Shown here piece by piece: positions 1-10,398 of a stretch of 64,000 nt of DNA (position 1 is its first letter; each line of letters starts with the position of its first letter). The stretch lies in NCBI GenBank assembly GCA_014727915.1, contig WJMO01000005.1, positions 320,001-384,000 on the forward strand, read 5' to 3'. The notes under the pieces are model-generated. The model worked only from the letters and a program-made list of their open reading frames with translations, searched no databases and was not told where the DNA came from. Origin of the DNA: Candidatus Altiarchaeales archaeon (lineage in GTDB: Archaea; Altiarchaeota; Altiarchaeia; IMC4; SCGC-AAA252-I15). A program made the translations under genes and the position numbers.

Positions 1-291
1 CAGCGCTTGCACGTCGTAGGGGTGGATCCCGAAGACGACTATGCTCTTCCCCATGTGCTCCGGCTCTGACACAGCCCCTCCCTTGAACTCCAGCAGGGTC
101 TCCTCCGCAGGGAAGAACGCCTTCTTCACAGCTGAGTTGGTGGTCTCATAGTCCAATACGGCCTCGTCCCCATCCCGCCAAATGTCGAAGGTGACGATAT
201 CACCCCGTTTTACTGGTGCGTAGACGACGTATTCGCGAGCCAGCCTGCTCAGATACCCCCCTAGATCCTCTTTGGCCAAAACCAAGGCCAT
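1..291 (-). CDS. Sulfhydrogenase beta subunit / AsrA-family Fe-S protein, N-terminal part (runs off window start)
   Basis: Not in ORF track. Manual translation from ATG at 291: MALVLAKEDLGGYLSRLAREYVVYAPVKRG...LDYETTNSAVKKAFFPAEETLLEF...IVFGIHPYDVQAL. This matches the HydB/AsrA N-terminal pattern (V.APV, K.FFFP..E.L, FGI.P.D). Confidence 0.75.
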   Translation of the reverse strand, partial: MALVLAKEDLGGYLSRLAREYVVYAPVKRGDIVTFDIWRDGDEAVLDYETTNSAVKKAFFPAEETLLEFKGGAVSEPEHMGKSIVVFGIHPYDVQAL

Positions 292-326
292 CGTAACTAA
301 TTAACTTCGTTATATTAATAACCCAT

Positions 327-965
327 ATGTTGTTCGAACTGCACGTTCACTCCTCCTACTCTGATGGGAAGCCAACACCCAAGGAGATACTGGAATATGC
401 AGGCAGCAGACTAGATGGCATCGCATTAACAGACCATGACGAGATAGCCGGCGCTTTGGAGGCTTTGGAACATGCAGGCGACGATTTCACCGTGATACCC
501 GGGGCTGAGGTTTCCTCTGTTGAAGGTCACATACTCGCTTTGGGCGTCACCGAACTGGTGCCCCGGGACCTATCCGCGGCCGAGACCGTTGACAGGATAC
601 ACGGCCTGGGCGGGCTGGCGGTCGCAGCCCACCCCTACGACGTTCGCCGCGCGGCCCTCGGAGACCTCATACTAAAACTCCCGTTCGACGCAGTTGAAGT
701 CGTTAACGGCCACACGTTCGGCAACAAAAAGGACCCTGTCAAGGTCTGCCGGGAGGCCGGCCTGCCGATGGTCGGCGGCAGCGACGCCCACATACTATCC
801 GAGGTCGGTTCCGTGACCGTCGAGTTCGACGGCGACTGGAGGAACGCCATAAAGAAGGGCAACGTGACGATCGACAGCAGGAACATCGCCCACAGGATAT
901 TCAACTTCGGAGTAGGCGCAGTGCATCGCAGGATCTCACGGAGCAGGAAGAAGGGCGACCATTAG
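327..965 (+). CDS. PHP-domain metal-dependent phosphoesterase
   Basis: ELHVHSSYSDG, ALTDHD, GAEVS, AHP, GGSDAH motifs. Confidence 0.9.
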   Translation: MLFELHVHSSYSDGKPTPKEILEYAGSRLDGIALTDHDEIAGALEALEHAGDDFTVIPGAEVSSVEGHILALGVTELVPRDLSAAETVDRIHGLGGLAVAAHPYDVRRAALGDLILKLPFDAVEVVNGHTFGNKKDPVKVCREAGLPMVGGSDAHILSEVGSVTVEFDGDWRNAIKKGNVTIDSRNIAHRIFNFGVGAVHRRISRSRKKGDH

Positions 966-1768
966 CCCTTGTAGACTGAATAGCATTCCATCTCGGACGG
1001 GAACGCCCTCTCCTTCACCTTATTGATGAAATCCCCAACTGCTTTCTCAGGGCTGCTGGTGTCCCATTCGCCTATGAATCTGGGCTTCCTGCCGCCGGGG
1101 AACCTGCTGAAGTCCGTCCAACCCACCAGGTCATCGAGGACGAGCACCTGCCCGTCTGTTCGCGGGCCTGCTCCGATACCGATGGTTGGAACGCCCACGG
1201 ACTCTGTCACCCTCCCTGCGACTTCCGGGTCTGCCAGCTCTATCACAATTGCGAAGGCTCCCGCCTCCTCCAATGCCCTGGCATCCCCTATCAGCTTTCC
1301 GGCGTCCTCCTCGTCCCTGCCCTTTATCCTGTGCTTCTTCTCCGTCTGTGGTGTGTGCGCAATGTGCCCCATCACATCCACTCCAGAATCTACGATTGCC
1401 TTCACCATATCCGCGACCTCGCTTCCCCCCTCCAACTTCACCGCTTCACCTCCGGCGTCAACCAGCCTCTTCGCGTTCTTCACCGCATCCTCAAAAGTAT
1501 CGTATGTGTGTATGGGCATGTCAACGACCACCAACGCGTTGGCCTTCTCTGACGTCACATCCGCCGCCGCCTTCATCATGTCCTCCAAGGTGACATGTGT
1601 TGTGTCCGGATAGCCCAGCCTCACGTTTCCTATGGAATCCCCCACGAGTATAACGTCCACGCCAGCGCTGTCGAGCAGCTCACGGTCCCTGCTGTCATAG
1701 CCTGTTATGACGGCTATCCTCTCGCCCCCTGCCTTCATCCCCCTAATGCTATCAACAGTCCTCTTCAT
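962..1768 (-). CDS. panB: 3-methyl-2-oxobutanoate hydroxymethyltransferase
   Basis: ILVGDSIG, VVDMP, AVKLEGG, GHI, PTIGIGAG, DGQVLV motifs. Confidence 0.95.
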   Translation of the reverse strand: MKRTVDSIRGMKAGGERIAVITGYDSRDRELLDSAGVDVILVGDSIGNVRLGYPDTTHVTLEDMMKAAADVTSEKANALVVVDMPIHTYDTFEDAVKNAKRLVDAGGEAVKLEGGSEVADMVKAIVDSGVDVMGHIAHTPQTEKKHRIKGRDEEDAGKLIGDARALEEAGAFAIVIELADPEVAGRVTESVGVPTIGIGAGPRTDGQVLVLDDLVGWTDFSRFPGGRKPRFIGEWDTSSPEKAVGDFINKVKERAFPSEMECYSVYKG

Positions 1769-1836
1769 ATAATGCCTCGACCGTTCACTAATGCTATTAC
1801 AACTTATTAATCCTCTTTCCCCTATAATTTGGAGCC

Positions 1837-2892
1837 ATGAAAAAGCTTAACGTCGGTGTTTTGGGCGCTACCGGCATGGTGGGTCAGAGGTTCATAGAGG
1901 GTTTAGAGCATCATCCATACTTCAAGATTGCGTGCCTGGCAGCTTCCGACCGGAGCGCGGGCAAACCCTACCGTGAGGCCGCCAAATGGTACCTCGCAGG
2001 GGACATACCCAAGCACGTCGGGGACATGAAGGTGGAATTGATCGGCACCGGGATCATCGACGAGTTCGACCTGGACATCGTGTTCAGCGCCATACCCTCC
2101 TCAGTTGCGAAGGAGGTCGAGGGCTCGTTCGCTGAGCAGGTCCCCGTCTACAGCAACACCAAGACCTACCGGATGGAGTCTGACGTCCCCCTGGTCGTAG
2201 CTGACGTCAACCCCCATCACCTGGACCTGGTGAAGGTGCAGAAAGAGAACCGCGGCTGGAACGGCCACATAGTCACTAACCCCAACTGCTCGACCATCGG
2301 CTTGGTGGTTCCCCTTAAGCCCATACTGGACGAGTTCGGCCTTGAATGGGTGAACGTCTGCACCATGCAGGCATTGTCCGGAGCGGGATACGATGGCGTG
2401 CCCTCCATGGCCGCAGTCGACAACGTCATACCCTTCATAGGCGGCGAGGAGGAGAAGGTGGAGCTTGAGCCCTTGAAGATACTGGGCAAGATGGAGTCGG
2501 GTCGAGTGGAGGACGCCGGATTCCAGGTTTTCGCATCCTGCAACCGTGTGGCCTCGTTGGACGGCCACTTGAAGTCCATGTTCATCGGAACCAGGGATGA
2601 CTTCGACATCGAGGACATAGTTGCGGTATTGCAGAACTACACCAGTGTTCCACAGGAGCTCAAGCTCCCGACCGCCCCCATACCCCCGATCATCGTCAGG
2701 GAGGAGGACGACCGGCCCCAGCCACGGTTGGACAGGGATGCTGGCAGGGGCATGGCAGTAACCGTGGGCAGGCTGCGGAAGAAGTCGGAGAAGAAGCTTA
2801 AGCTCACCTGCCTCAGCCACAACACAATACGCGGAGCGGCCGGGGCTAGCATACTGAACGCCGAGCTAGCGTTGAAGGAGAAGCTACTCTAG
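1837..2892 (+). CDS. asd: Aspartate-semialdehyde dehydrogenase (archaeal type)
   Basis: LGATGMVGQRF, NPNCST catalytic Cys, QALSGAGY, SHNTIRGAAG. Confidence 0.95.
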   Translation: MKKLNVGVLGATGMVGQRFIEGLEHHPYFKIACLAASDRSAGKPYREAAKWYLAGDIPKHVGDMKVELIGTGIIDEFDLDIVFSAIPSSVAKEVEGSFAEQVPVYSNTKTYRMESDVPLVVADVNPHHLDLVKVQKENRGWNGHIVTNPNCSTIGLVVPLKPILDEFGLEWVNVCTMQALSGAGYDGVPSMAAVDNVIPFIGGEEEKVELEPLKILGKMESGRVEDAGFQVFASCNRVASLDGHLKSMFIGTRDDFDIEDIVAVLQNYTSVPQELKLPTAPIPPIIVREEDDRPQPRLDRDAGRGMAVTVGRLRKKSEKKLKLTCLSHNTIRGAAGASILNAELALKEKLL

Positions 2893-2901
2893 GATCAACC
2901 A

Positions 2902-5844
2902 CTACGCCTGTTCTGTCAATGAGGTTTTGTGCCTTATCGGCGGCCGGAAGTACCCTCGCACGTCCAATTCTACGTAGTCGTCTGATGTGATGATGTCGAA
3001 CAGCCTGTCCTGGTTCTCCTCTGACAGCGGAATCCCGAACCTTCTGTTGCAACGCTCCATGAATGCGTTTTTCGCGCCTTCCCTAGAATTCCCCCTCATC
3101 AGGCCTCTTATGTAGCCTATGACCGTCTCTGCTGTCAAGCTCCTATCCGGGTCCAGCGGTTTATGCCCTACCCTGTTTATCCACGCGCTTATCCGCATCG
3201 CCTCGAGCTTTCCCATCCTCCTTCTGAAATCGTCTGTTTGGAAGCTTGGGTCGTCCTCTAACACCTTCACCCCTGCTGCCAGGTCCTTCGAGAGCAGGCC
3301 GAAAGTTCTCAGATACTGCTCTCTAAGCTCTCTACGCTGGTTTTCCGTGAGGTTCTCGTCTGTGCACGCGAGCTCCATCCCCCTTACCGCGTCTTCTGCG
3401 TTCTTCCTGAAGACCTGAACTACATCGTCGGGGTCGGCCTCGCCTATCAGCCTCATCCTATGATTCCACTGCAGCCGCGGGTCCCACATAAGGAAGGGGG
3501 TCTTGGACGTGCGCGGGTAGGGCAGGCCCTCACCCATCACCTTCTTGGCAGCATCCTCCACCCGCTCCCCAAGGCCCTCCTCTCCTGAATCGCCTGCCAG
3601 GCTCACTAGATGGTCTGCAAGATACGGCCTCAGTGGCTCTGAGACCCCCAGCAGCGTTCCATGCACGAACCGTTCCAGCCGGTCTCTCCGCATTAGCATC
3701 CTGGTCAGGGGCAGTCCAACCCTCCTCGGCCTACCCGCGTTTATGAGTCCCTCTGCCAGTTCCATGTCCTGTTCCCGGAGTATCCCATGCATCTCCAACA
3801 GCTCCGGGTTCTCCAACAGCTGCGTATCAACGAACGAATCCCAACCGTGCATCTCACTGTCCCTCTTTATCCTGCTCAACTCCCCCTGGATGTTCTGGCA
3901 GTAGGCGTTAAGGACCCTCTCCCCGCTCCTACTCCTCTTGCCGCCGTATTTGTACCTGTACATGTCGCTCGCAGCGTTCAAGGCGTATATCCCAGTGTTA
4001 TCTCTAAGTGGTCCCTTATCCCGGAATAATGACGTGTGCTCGGATAGCACCAGCATCCTCGTAAGGCCCTCGTCGTTTATCAGGGCCAGCTCGTCACCGT
4101 CGTCGAATACCACTCTCCCCGCGCATAGGGCGTCGGCTGCCATGCACGCCTTCTTCCTCACAAGCGACTCCAGCAGGCTCCAGTGCCGGTACTGCTCGTC
4201 TGTTAGTATGTGCGTGGGCCTGACGGTCTCTCCCTCACCCGCCTCCTGGTAGTATCTCGCGCAGTGGCCGACTTCGATGAGCCCATACCGGGGGTGCCGT
4301 TCCCTCAGGTGCACCAGGTCCAAGTCCGGCACCACGATGCCCTTCTTCCGGTTGGCTATGAGGCCTGCGCATAGCACCCTGGTCTTCGTGTAGCCCAGGT
4401 ACCTGTCCTGCTCCCTCTCCGCTCTCCTCTTTTCACGGCACCACCGGTTGTCCAGTATCAGCACGGCATTGCATCTCACCTTGCGTGTGAAGTCCCTCTC
4501 CTCTCCCTCATCACCCCGGGTCTTGTATAGCACAGTGAAGACTTCCCTTGCAGAGTCTCCGTATTCCCTCGTCGCGTCCACCATCCTCTCCCTCTTCCAT
4601 ATGGACTCTGGCACCGCTAACACCAGTATGTACTCTCCCCCTCCCCTCATCTTCACCTGGTCATAGTGCGTTATCAGGTCTCTTGTCTTAGTGCTCGCAT
4701 AGGGGTTGAACTGCACCTCGCCAGTCTCAGGGTCTAACCTTGCTCCTGGGAGCGGGACCAGCAGGCCTCCCGTCCGCCTGAACTCCGGACCCCACCCCGA
4801 CAGTATCTGGTCGTTTATGATCCCTGAGAGTACATAGTGCATGTCCTTCTCCCATTCCCTGTCTCCGGGCCGGTCCCTCCTGAACTCGGGGGAGCACAGC
4901 CTCCTGAACTGCTCTATCAAAGCCGTGAACTCCCTGTGTGTAAGCCTCCTGTTCGAGACCGCCCCAGTCTCCTGCCCCTCCCAATCGGTCCTACCCCGAA
5001 CCCTCCCGATGAAGGATTTCATGTTCACTGCGAGGTCGTCGGTGTCCTGGTTGAGCCCTCCGTCACCTGTGAAACCCAGCAGGAAGTCAGCGTCCCGGTG
5101 GCTGTTGTCCCTCATCCTCATGAACTCCTCCAAACCGCCCAGGAAGACCTCACGGTTCTCCAGCGTCCTGACATGGTCTGTGAGGTTCTGGACCGAGACG
5201 AACCTCAATCCTATGTTCTTGCTGTACCAGCACCCCAGACCCCTGATGCTGCTCTTCCTGGATGCGACCTCATCTGCCATCTCCTCTGACGAGAGCCGCA
5301 GCCTTGGCGTCCTCCAACCGTAGTCGTTCAAGAGGAAGAAACGCCGGCTTCCCTCTTTCAGCCCGGGGGCTGTTATGAACTTTATCCTGTTGGGGTCGCA
5401 CCCGTGGCCTTCCAGCGCCCTCACAGCCCTGTCCAACCTCTCGGCGAACTCCGGCTCGAAGTTTTCTATCCTCAATTCCATGTCACGGCCAGGTCTGATG
5501 TGGCCCCTTATCATCTCCTCGCTTATCCTCCCCTTCGCCGCAGCCTGGTCTGCGGGTAGTGGTGTGCCCACCACCTGGGGGAAGAGCTCGGTTAGCAGGA
5601 GGTCGTGGGAGCCGAAGAACCACCCGTCCGGCCTCTGGGCTCCCCCCACGAAAACTATGTCGTCCCCGACGAATGCAACGTCTATGAGCCTCTCATCCTG
5701 GGGCCTTTCCACATCCCCCCTCAAGAGCTTAACAGGGTCTTCATACACCCACCTGAACGGTATCTGGCCAAGTTCTCCCTTCAATCCGGGTGTTATCTCA
5801 GCTATGGGGCTCTCAGCCTGCCCGTGCCTCCGGTACTTGCGCAT
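2902..5844 (-). CDS. Large hypothetical protein (980 aa), possible degenerate atypical-kinase-like central domain
   Basis: Long ORF filling the gap between asd and the Lrp gene. Motif AGRVVFDDGDE...LVLSEHT; function is inference only. Confidence 0.7.
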   Translation of the reverse strand: MRKYRRHGQAESPIAEITPGLKGELGQIPFRWVYEDPVKLLRGDVERPQDERLIDVAFVGDDIVFVGGAQRPDGWFFGSHDLLLTELFPQVVGTPLPADQAAAKGRISEEMIRGHIRPGRDMELRIENFEPEFAERLDRAVRALEGHGCDPNRIKFITAPGLKEGSRRFFLLNDYGWRTPRLRLSSEEMADEVASRKSSIRGLGCWYSKNIGLRFVSVQNLTDHVRTLENREVFLGGLEEFMRMRDNSHRDADFLLGFTGDGGLNQDTDDLAVNMKSFIGRVRGRTDWEGQETGAVSNRRLTHREFTALIEQFRRLCSPEFRRDRPGDREWEKDMHYVLSGIINDQILSGWGPEFRRTGGLLVPLPGARLDPETGEVQFNPYASTKTRDLITHYDQVKMRGGGEYILVLAVPESIWKRERMVDATREYGDSAREVFTVLYKTRGDEGEERDFTRKVRCNAVLILDNRWCREKRRAEREQDRYLGYTKTRVLCAGLIANRKKGIVVPDLDLVHLRERHPRYGLIEVGHCARYYQEAGEGETVRPTHILTDEQYRHWSLLESLVRKKACMAADALCAGRVVFDDGDELALINDEGLTRMLVLSEHTSLFRDKGPLRDNTGIYALNAASDMYRYKYGGKRSRSGERVLNAYCQNIQGELSRIKRDSEMHGWDSFVDTQLLENPELLEMHGILREQDMELAEGLINAGRPRRVGLPLTRMLMRRDRLERFVHGTLLGVSEPLRPYLADHLVSLAGDSGEEGLGERVEDAAKKVMGEGLPYPRTSKTPFLMWDPRLQWNHRMRLIGEADPDDVVQVFRKNAEDAVRGMELACTDENLTENQRRELREQYLRTFGLLSKDLAAGVKVLEDDPSFQTDDFRRRMGKLEAMRISAWINRVGHKPLDPDRSLTAETVIGYIRGLMRGNSREGAKNAFMERCNRRFGIPLSEENQDRLFDIITSDDYVELDVRGYFRPPIRHKTSLTEQA

Positions 5845-5927
5845 ATGTTATCATCTGGAATCCCACGTTTATATCACCTATTTTTAAGTTTATAGCGTGT
5901 ATTCTCTTACCTATAGGGTGTGTAGGT

Positions 5928-6410
5928 ATGGTCGACGAGACCCGGTTGTTGGAGCTGCTGGAGGGTGATGCGAGGACTTCCCTCGCTGACCTGGCGACCA
6001 TGTTGGGCTCATCAAAGGATGAGGTGGAGAAGGCCATCGAGAGACTCAGGAAGAAGGGCGTCATAAAGGGCTCCAGGACTGTTGTGGACTGGCGGAAGGT
6101 CGACGGCAAGAAGGCGGTGGCCGTCATACAGGTTCAGGTCGTACCCCAGCAGAAGTACGGCTTCGACAGGGTTTGCGAGGATATCGCCAAGGACAAGCGT
6201 GTCTCGGACCTGTTCATAACATCCGGCAAGTATGACCTCATGGTGACAGTCAGGGCGGATGACATAGACGAGATAAGCGAGTTCGTCACTGACAAGCTGG
6301 CGCCGATGAAGGAGGTCACAGGCACGTTCACCCATGTCATTTTGAAGGAGTTCAAACGGGATGGCGCGTTGTTCCACGAGGCCAAGCGGAAGCGCCTTCC
6401 CGTCAGCTGA
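5928..6410 (+). CDS. Lrp/AsnC family transcriptional regulator
   Basis: Start moved to ATG 5928 (MVDETRLLELLEGDARTSLADLA HTH). C-terminal SGKYDL...TFTHVILKEFK RAM domain; paired with an aminotransferase as in YugG/YugH-type loci. Confidence 0.9.
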   Translation: MVDETRLLELLEGDARTSLADLATMLGSSKDEVEKAIERLRKKGVIKGSRTVVDWRKVDGKKAVAVIQVQVVPQQKYGFDRVCEDIAKDKRVSDLFITSGKYDLMVTVRADDIDEISEFVTDKLAPMKEVTGTFTHVILKEFKRDGALFHEAKRKRLPVS

Positions 6411-6421
6411 TGTGCTAGGCG

Positions 6422-7558
6422 ATGGTTTCAAAGCGCGTGTCTGAAATACCCTTCTCGGGTATCAGGAGGTTCTTCGACATCGTGTCGGAACGGGATGATG
6501 TCGTTAGCCTGGGGGTTGGAGAGCCGGATTTCCCCACCCCTGACCCGATGAAGCACGCTGGCATACAGTCCATTGAAGACGACCTCAACAGCTACACCTC
6601 AAACTACGGCCTGTCGGAGCTGAGGGAGAAGATATCAGCCAAGCTGAAGTCGGAAAACGGATTGTCAGCAGACCCAAAATCACAGCTTCTAATAACCACA
6701 GGCACAAGTGAGGCGTTGGACCTGGTTTTCAGGGCCATACTGGACCCTGGCGACGAGGTCATCGTCCCGGAGCCCAGCTACGTCTCATATAAGCCGTGCG
6801 TGTGGTTCGCCCACTCCACTCCCGTTCCCGTGCCGATGGTTGAGGATAACGAGTTCAGGGTGCAGTCAGACGACATCAGGGAGAAGATAACCGACAGGAC
6901 CAAAGCCATAATCGTAGCCTCCCCCAACAACCCTACGGGCAGCGTGCTTAGGAAGAAGGACCTTGAGAGCATAGCAGACCTTGCATTGGAACATGACCTG
7001 ATGGTCGTATCCGACGAGCTCTACGAAGACCTCATATACGACGGCCTACGCCACTATAGCATCGGCTCCTTCAACGGCATGTCCGACAATACCGTGACGA
7101 TCAACGGGTTCAGCAAGGGCTACGCCTTCACCGGGTGGAGGCTCGGATACGCCGCTGGCTCCTCGGAGATTATCGAGGCGATGATGAAGATACACCAGTA
7201 TACGATGCTTTCAGCACCCTCCGTAGCCCAGTACTCGGCCTTGGCCTTCGACAAGTGCGGCAAGTTTGTGAAGTCGATGGTCAAGGAATACGACGTGCGC
7301 AGGCGACTGCTGGTGAAGGGCTTGAACGAGGTCGACGGAGTGTCGTGCATAATGCCGAAGGGCGCATTCTACGCGTTCCCCAACATCGAAGGCACCGGAT
7401 TGTCGAGCGAGGAGTTCGCCCGGAAGATGCTGGACGAGAAAAAGGTGGCGGTAGTGCCGGGCAACAGCTTCGGAGAGACCGGGGAAGGCCACGTACGCTG
7501 CTCGTACTCGGTGAACAGGGAGACCATAAAGGAAGCGTTGGAGCGGATGAAGGCCTGA
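6422..7558 (+). CDS. PLP-dependent aminotransferase class I/II
   Basis: SLGVGEPDF, SPNNPTG, SDELY, GFSKGYAFTGWRLGY. Confidence 0.95.
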   Translation: MVSKRVSEIPFSGIRRFFDIVSERDDVVSLGVGEPDFPTPDPMKHAGIQSIEDDLNSYTSNYGLSELREKISAKLKSENGLSADPKSQLLITTGTSEALDLVFRAILDPGDEVIVPEPSYVSYKPCVWFAHSTPVPVPMVEDNEFRVQSDDIREKITDRTKAIIVASPNNPTGSVLRKKDLESIADLALEHDLMVVSDELYEDLIYDGLRHYSIGSFNGMSDNTVTINGFSKGYAFTGWRLGYAAGSSEIIEAMMKIHQYTMLSAPSVAQYSALAFDKCGKFVKSMVKEYDVRRRLLVKGLNEVDGVSCIMPKGAFYAFPNIEGTGLSSEEFARKMLDEKKVAVVPGNSFGETGEGHVRCSYSVNRETIKEALERMKA

Positions 7559-7590
7559 TTATTAATTAATAATCCCTATCTTTTCCTATC

Positions 7591-10392
7591 ATGTCCGATT
7601 CGGCTGAAATCGAGGCCAAATGGCTCAAACGTTGGGAGGAGGCGGGAGCCTTCGAAAGCGACCCTGACAGCAGGGATTCCTTCTATCTCACGGTTGCCTA
7701 CCCCTACCCGTCGGGGGGGATGCACATCGGTCACGCCCGAACCTACACCGTACCCGACGTCATAGCCCGGTATAAGCGCATGCAAGGCTACAACGTATTG
7801 TTCCCGATGGCCTGGCACGTCACCGGCACTCCCATCATCGGCGCGTTGAACCGGCTGAAGGAGGGAGAGGAAAAACAGCTCAAGGTCCTCAGGGAAGTCT
7901 ATGGAATGTCAGACGAGGAATTGAACTCCATCAAGGAGCCCCTGGACTTCGCCCGCTACTTCATCGACAGCCACTACCGGCCCAGCATGCGCAAGCTCGG
8001 CTATACGATCGACTGGCGCCGCCAGTTCACCACCAACGACCCGCACTACAACGCCTTCATCACATGGCAGTACATGACCTTGAAAGACCGGGGCCTCATA
8101 AAGAAGGGACTGCACCCGGTCAAGTTCTGCACCAAGGACGAGAACCCGGTCACCACGCACGACCTCTTGGAGGGCGCTGAAGCTGACACCCAGGAGTTCA
8201 CACTGCTCAAGTTCGAACACGACGGATCCTACATCATAGCCGCCACCCTCCGGCCTGAGACCATGTGGGGCCAGACCAACATGTGGGTTAACCCGGCTGT
8301 GACCTATGTGAAGGCCGACGTGGACGGGGAGGAGTGGATAATCAGCAGGCAGTGCGCCGGCAAGCTGAAGCTCCAGGACAGGGGGGTGGAGGTCAAAGGC
8401 GAGGTCAAGGGCGGCGACCTGCTCGGCAAGTACTGCAAGGCTCCAGTCATCGACAGGGACATAATAATACTGCCCTCCGACTTCCCGGACCCTGACATCG
8501 GCACCGGCCTTGTTACTTCAGTCCCCTCCGACGCGCCCTACGACTGGATCGCGCTGAAGGACCTCCAAGGTGACAGGGCAACATGCGAAAAACACGGCTT
8601 AGACTACGATGTTGTGAAAGCGATCGAGACCATCCCGATCATAGACATCGAGGGCTTCGGCCCGGAGGCTGCGAAGGACATGGTGGAGCGTATGGCCATC
8701 CGAAGCCAGCATGACACGGAAAAGCTGGAGGAGGCGACGAAGGAGGTTTACAAGCAGGGCTTCCACGCAGGCTTCATGAACGAGAACTGCGGCCCCTACA
8801 AGGGCATGGCCGTGGTCCGCGCCAAGGAGAAGATGAAGCAGGCCCTCCTGGGCGAGGGCCGGGCGGACACGATGCTGGAGTTCAGCGAGCCCGTCATATG
8901 CCGGTGCGGCGGCCGCGTGGTGGTAGCCAAGGCCGAGAGCTGGTTCATCGACTACGCCAACGAGGACTGGAAGGAGCAGGTTTGCGGGTGCATCTATAAC
9001 CTCAACACCATACCAGACCGGACCAAACAGGATTATATGAACACTGTGGACTGGCTTAGGGAATGGCCTTGCATCCGCAACTATGGCCTCGGAACCAAGC
9101 TCCCATTCGATGACCGGTTCATGATAGAGCCGTTGTCGGACTCGACCATTTACATGGCCTACTATACCATAAGCCATCTGCTGGAGGAACTTGAGCCGGA
9201 ACAGCTGACACGGGAGTTCTTCGACTACATCTTCAGGGGAGAGGGCAAACCCGGGGAAATCTCAAATAATCTAAACATTCCTTTAAATAATTTGAAAAAA
9301 ATCCGCGATAGTTTTGACTACTGGTATCCTCAGGCCTGGAGGTGCAGCGCCCTCGAGCTCATCCAGAACCACCTCACCTTCATGCTCTTCCACCACTGCG
9401 CCCTCTTCAACGCGGACAAATGGCCCCTGGGAATCGCATCCTTTGGCATGGGTTTGCTGGAGGGGGAGAAGATGAGCTCCTCCAAGGGTAACGTGATACT
9501 GGTGAAGGAAGCGGTTGAAAAGCATGGAGCTGACGTCACCCGCCTGTTCCTGATGGGCAATGCGGAGCCCTGGCAGGACTTCGACTGGCGTGAGAACCTG
9601 GTGGAGGCGACGATGAAGCGGCTGAACCAGTTCAAGAAGCTGGTGTTGGACTCGCACTCACTTGAGGGCAAATCTGAAATCCGGCCCATCGACCGTTGGA
9701 TGATGTCCCGGCTTAACAGGAGGATAATGGAGGCTGTCGAGTCCCTGGAGGCCTTCCAGACCCGCAAAGCCCTTCAATCGATGTTCTATGAGATGTTCAA
9801 TGACATCTCATGGTATCAGCGCAGGCGCGACCCGAATCCGGAGGTCATGCGGGAGCTGGCCAACGCGTGGGTCCGACTCCTCACGCCATTCACACCCTTC
9901 ACCTGCGAGGAACTCTGGGAGAATATCGGCGGCGAAGGATTCGTCTCACAGGCCGAATATCCCACCGCGGACGAGTCCAAGCTTGACGAGCGTTCCGAGG
10001 CATCCGAGGAATATCTCCGCAGCCTAATGGAAGACGTGCAGAACATATTGAATGTGACGAAGAAATCACCCTCTAAGATCTCACTATACACTTCCCCCAG
10101 ATGGAAATACACTGTGTTCAACGCTATCGTCGAGGGCAGGCAGATAAAGGACGTGATGGCCGACCCTGAGGTGAAGAGGAACGGGAAGCAGGCCGCGAAG
10201 CTCATGCAGACCCGCAGGGACGAGATACCACACGTTTTACTGTCTCCTGAGGATGAATCCGCAGTTTTAGGGTATGCATACCAATTCTTATCAAGGGAGT
10301 TCAAAGCGGAAGTGTCGATCAACCCGGAATCAGACCCTGAGGGAAAGGCGAAATTCGCCCAACCCATGAAACCGGGCATCTTCATCGAGTGA
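7591..10392 (+). CDS. leuS: Leucine--tRNA ligase (archaeal type)
   Basis: AYPYPSGGMHIGH, ATLRPET, SVPSDAPYD editing domain, KMSSSKGN, C-terminal PMKPGIFIE. Confidence 0.97.
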   Translation: MSDSAEIEAKWLKRWEEAGAFESDPDSRDSFYLTVAYPYPSGGMHIGHARTYTVPDVIARYKRMQGYNVLFPMAWHVTGTPIIGALNRLKEGEEKQLKVLREVYGMSDEELNSIKEPLDFARYFIDSHYRPSMRKLGYTIDWRRQFTTNDPHYNAFITWQYMTLKDRGLIKKGLHPVKFCTKDENPVTTHDLLEGAEADTQEFTLLKFEHDGSYIIAATLRPETMWGQTNMWVNPAVTYVKADVDGEEWIISRQCAGKLKLQDRGVEVKGEVKGGDLLGKYCKAPVIDRDIIILPSDFPDPDIGTGLVTSVPSDAPYDWIALKDLQGDRATCEKHGLDYDVVKAIETIPIIDIEGFGPEAAKDMVERMAIRSQHDTEKLEEATKEVYKQGFHAGFMNENCGPYKGMAVVRAKEKMKQALLGEGRADTMLEFSEPVICRCGGRVVVAKAESWFIDYANEDWKEQVCGCIYNLNTIPDRTKQDYMNTVDWLREWPCIRNYGLGTKLPFDDRFMIEPLSDSTIYMAYYTISHLLEELEPEQLTREFFDYIFRGEGKPGEISNNLNIPLNNLKKIRDSFDYWYPQAWRCSALELIQNHLTFMLFHHCALFNADKWPLGIASFGMGLLEGEKMSSSKGNVILVKEAVEKHGADVTRLFLMGNAEPWQDFDWRENLVEATMKRLNQFKKLVLDSHSLEGKSEIRPIDRWMMSRLNRRIMEAVESLEAFQTRKALQSMFYEMFNDISWYQRRRDPNPEVMRELANAWVRLLTPFTPFTCEELWENIGGEGFVSQAEYPTADESKLDERSEASEEYLRSLMEDVQNILNVTKKSPSKISLYTSPRWKYTVFNAIVEGRQIKDVMADPEVKRNGKQAAKLMQTRRDEIPHVLLSPEDESAVLGYAYQFLSREFKAEVSINPESDPEGKAKFAQPMKPGIFIE

Positions 10393-10398
10393 AATAAA

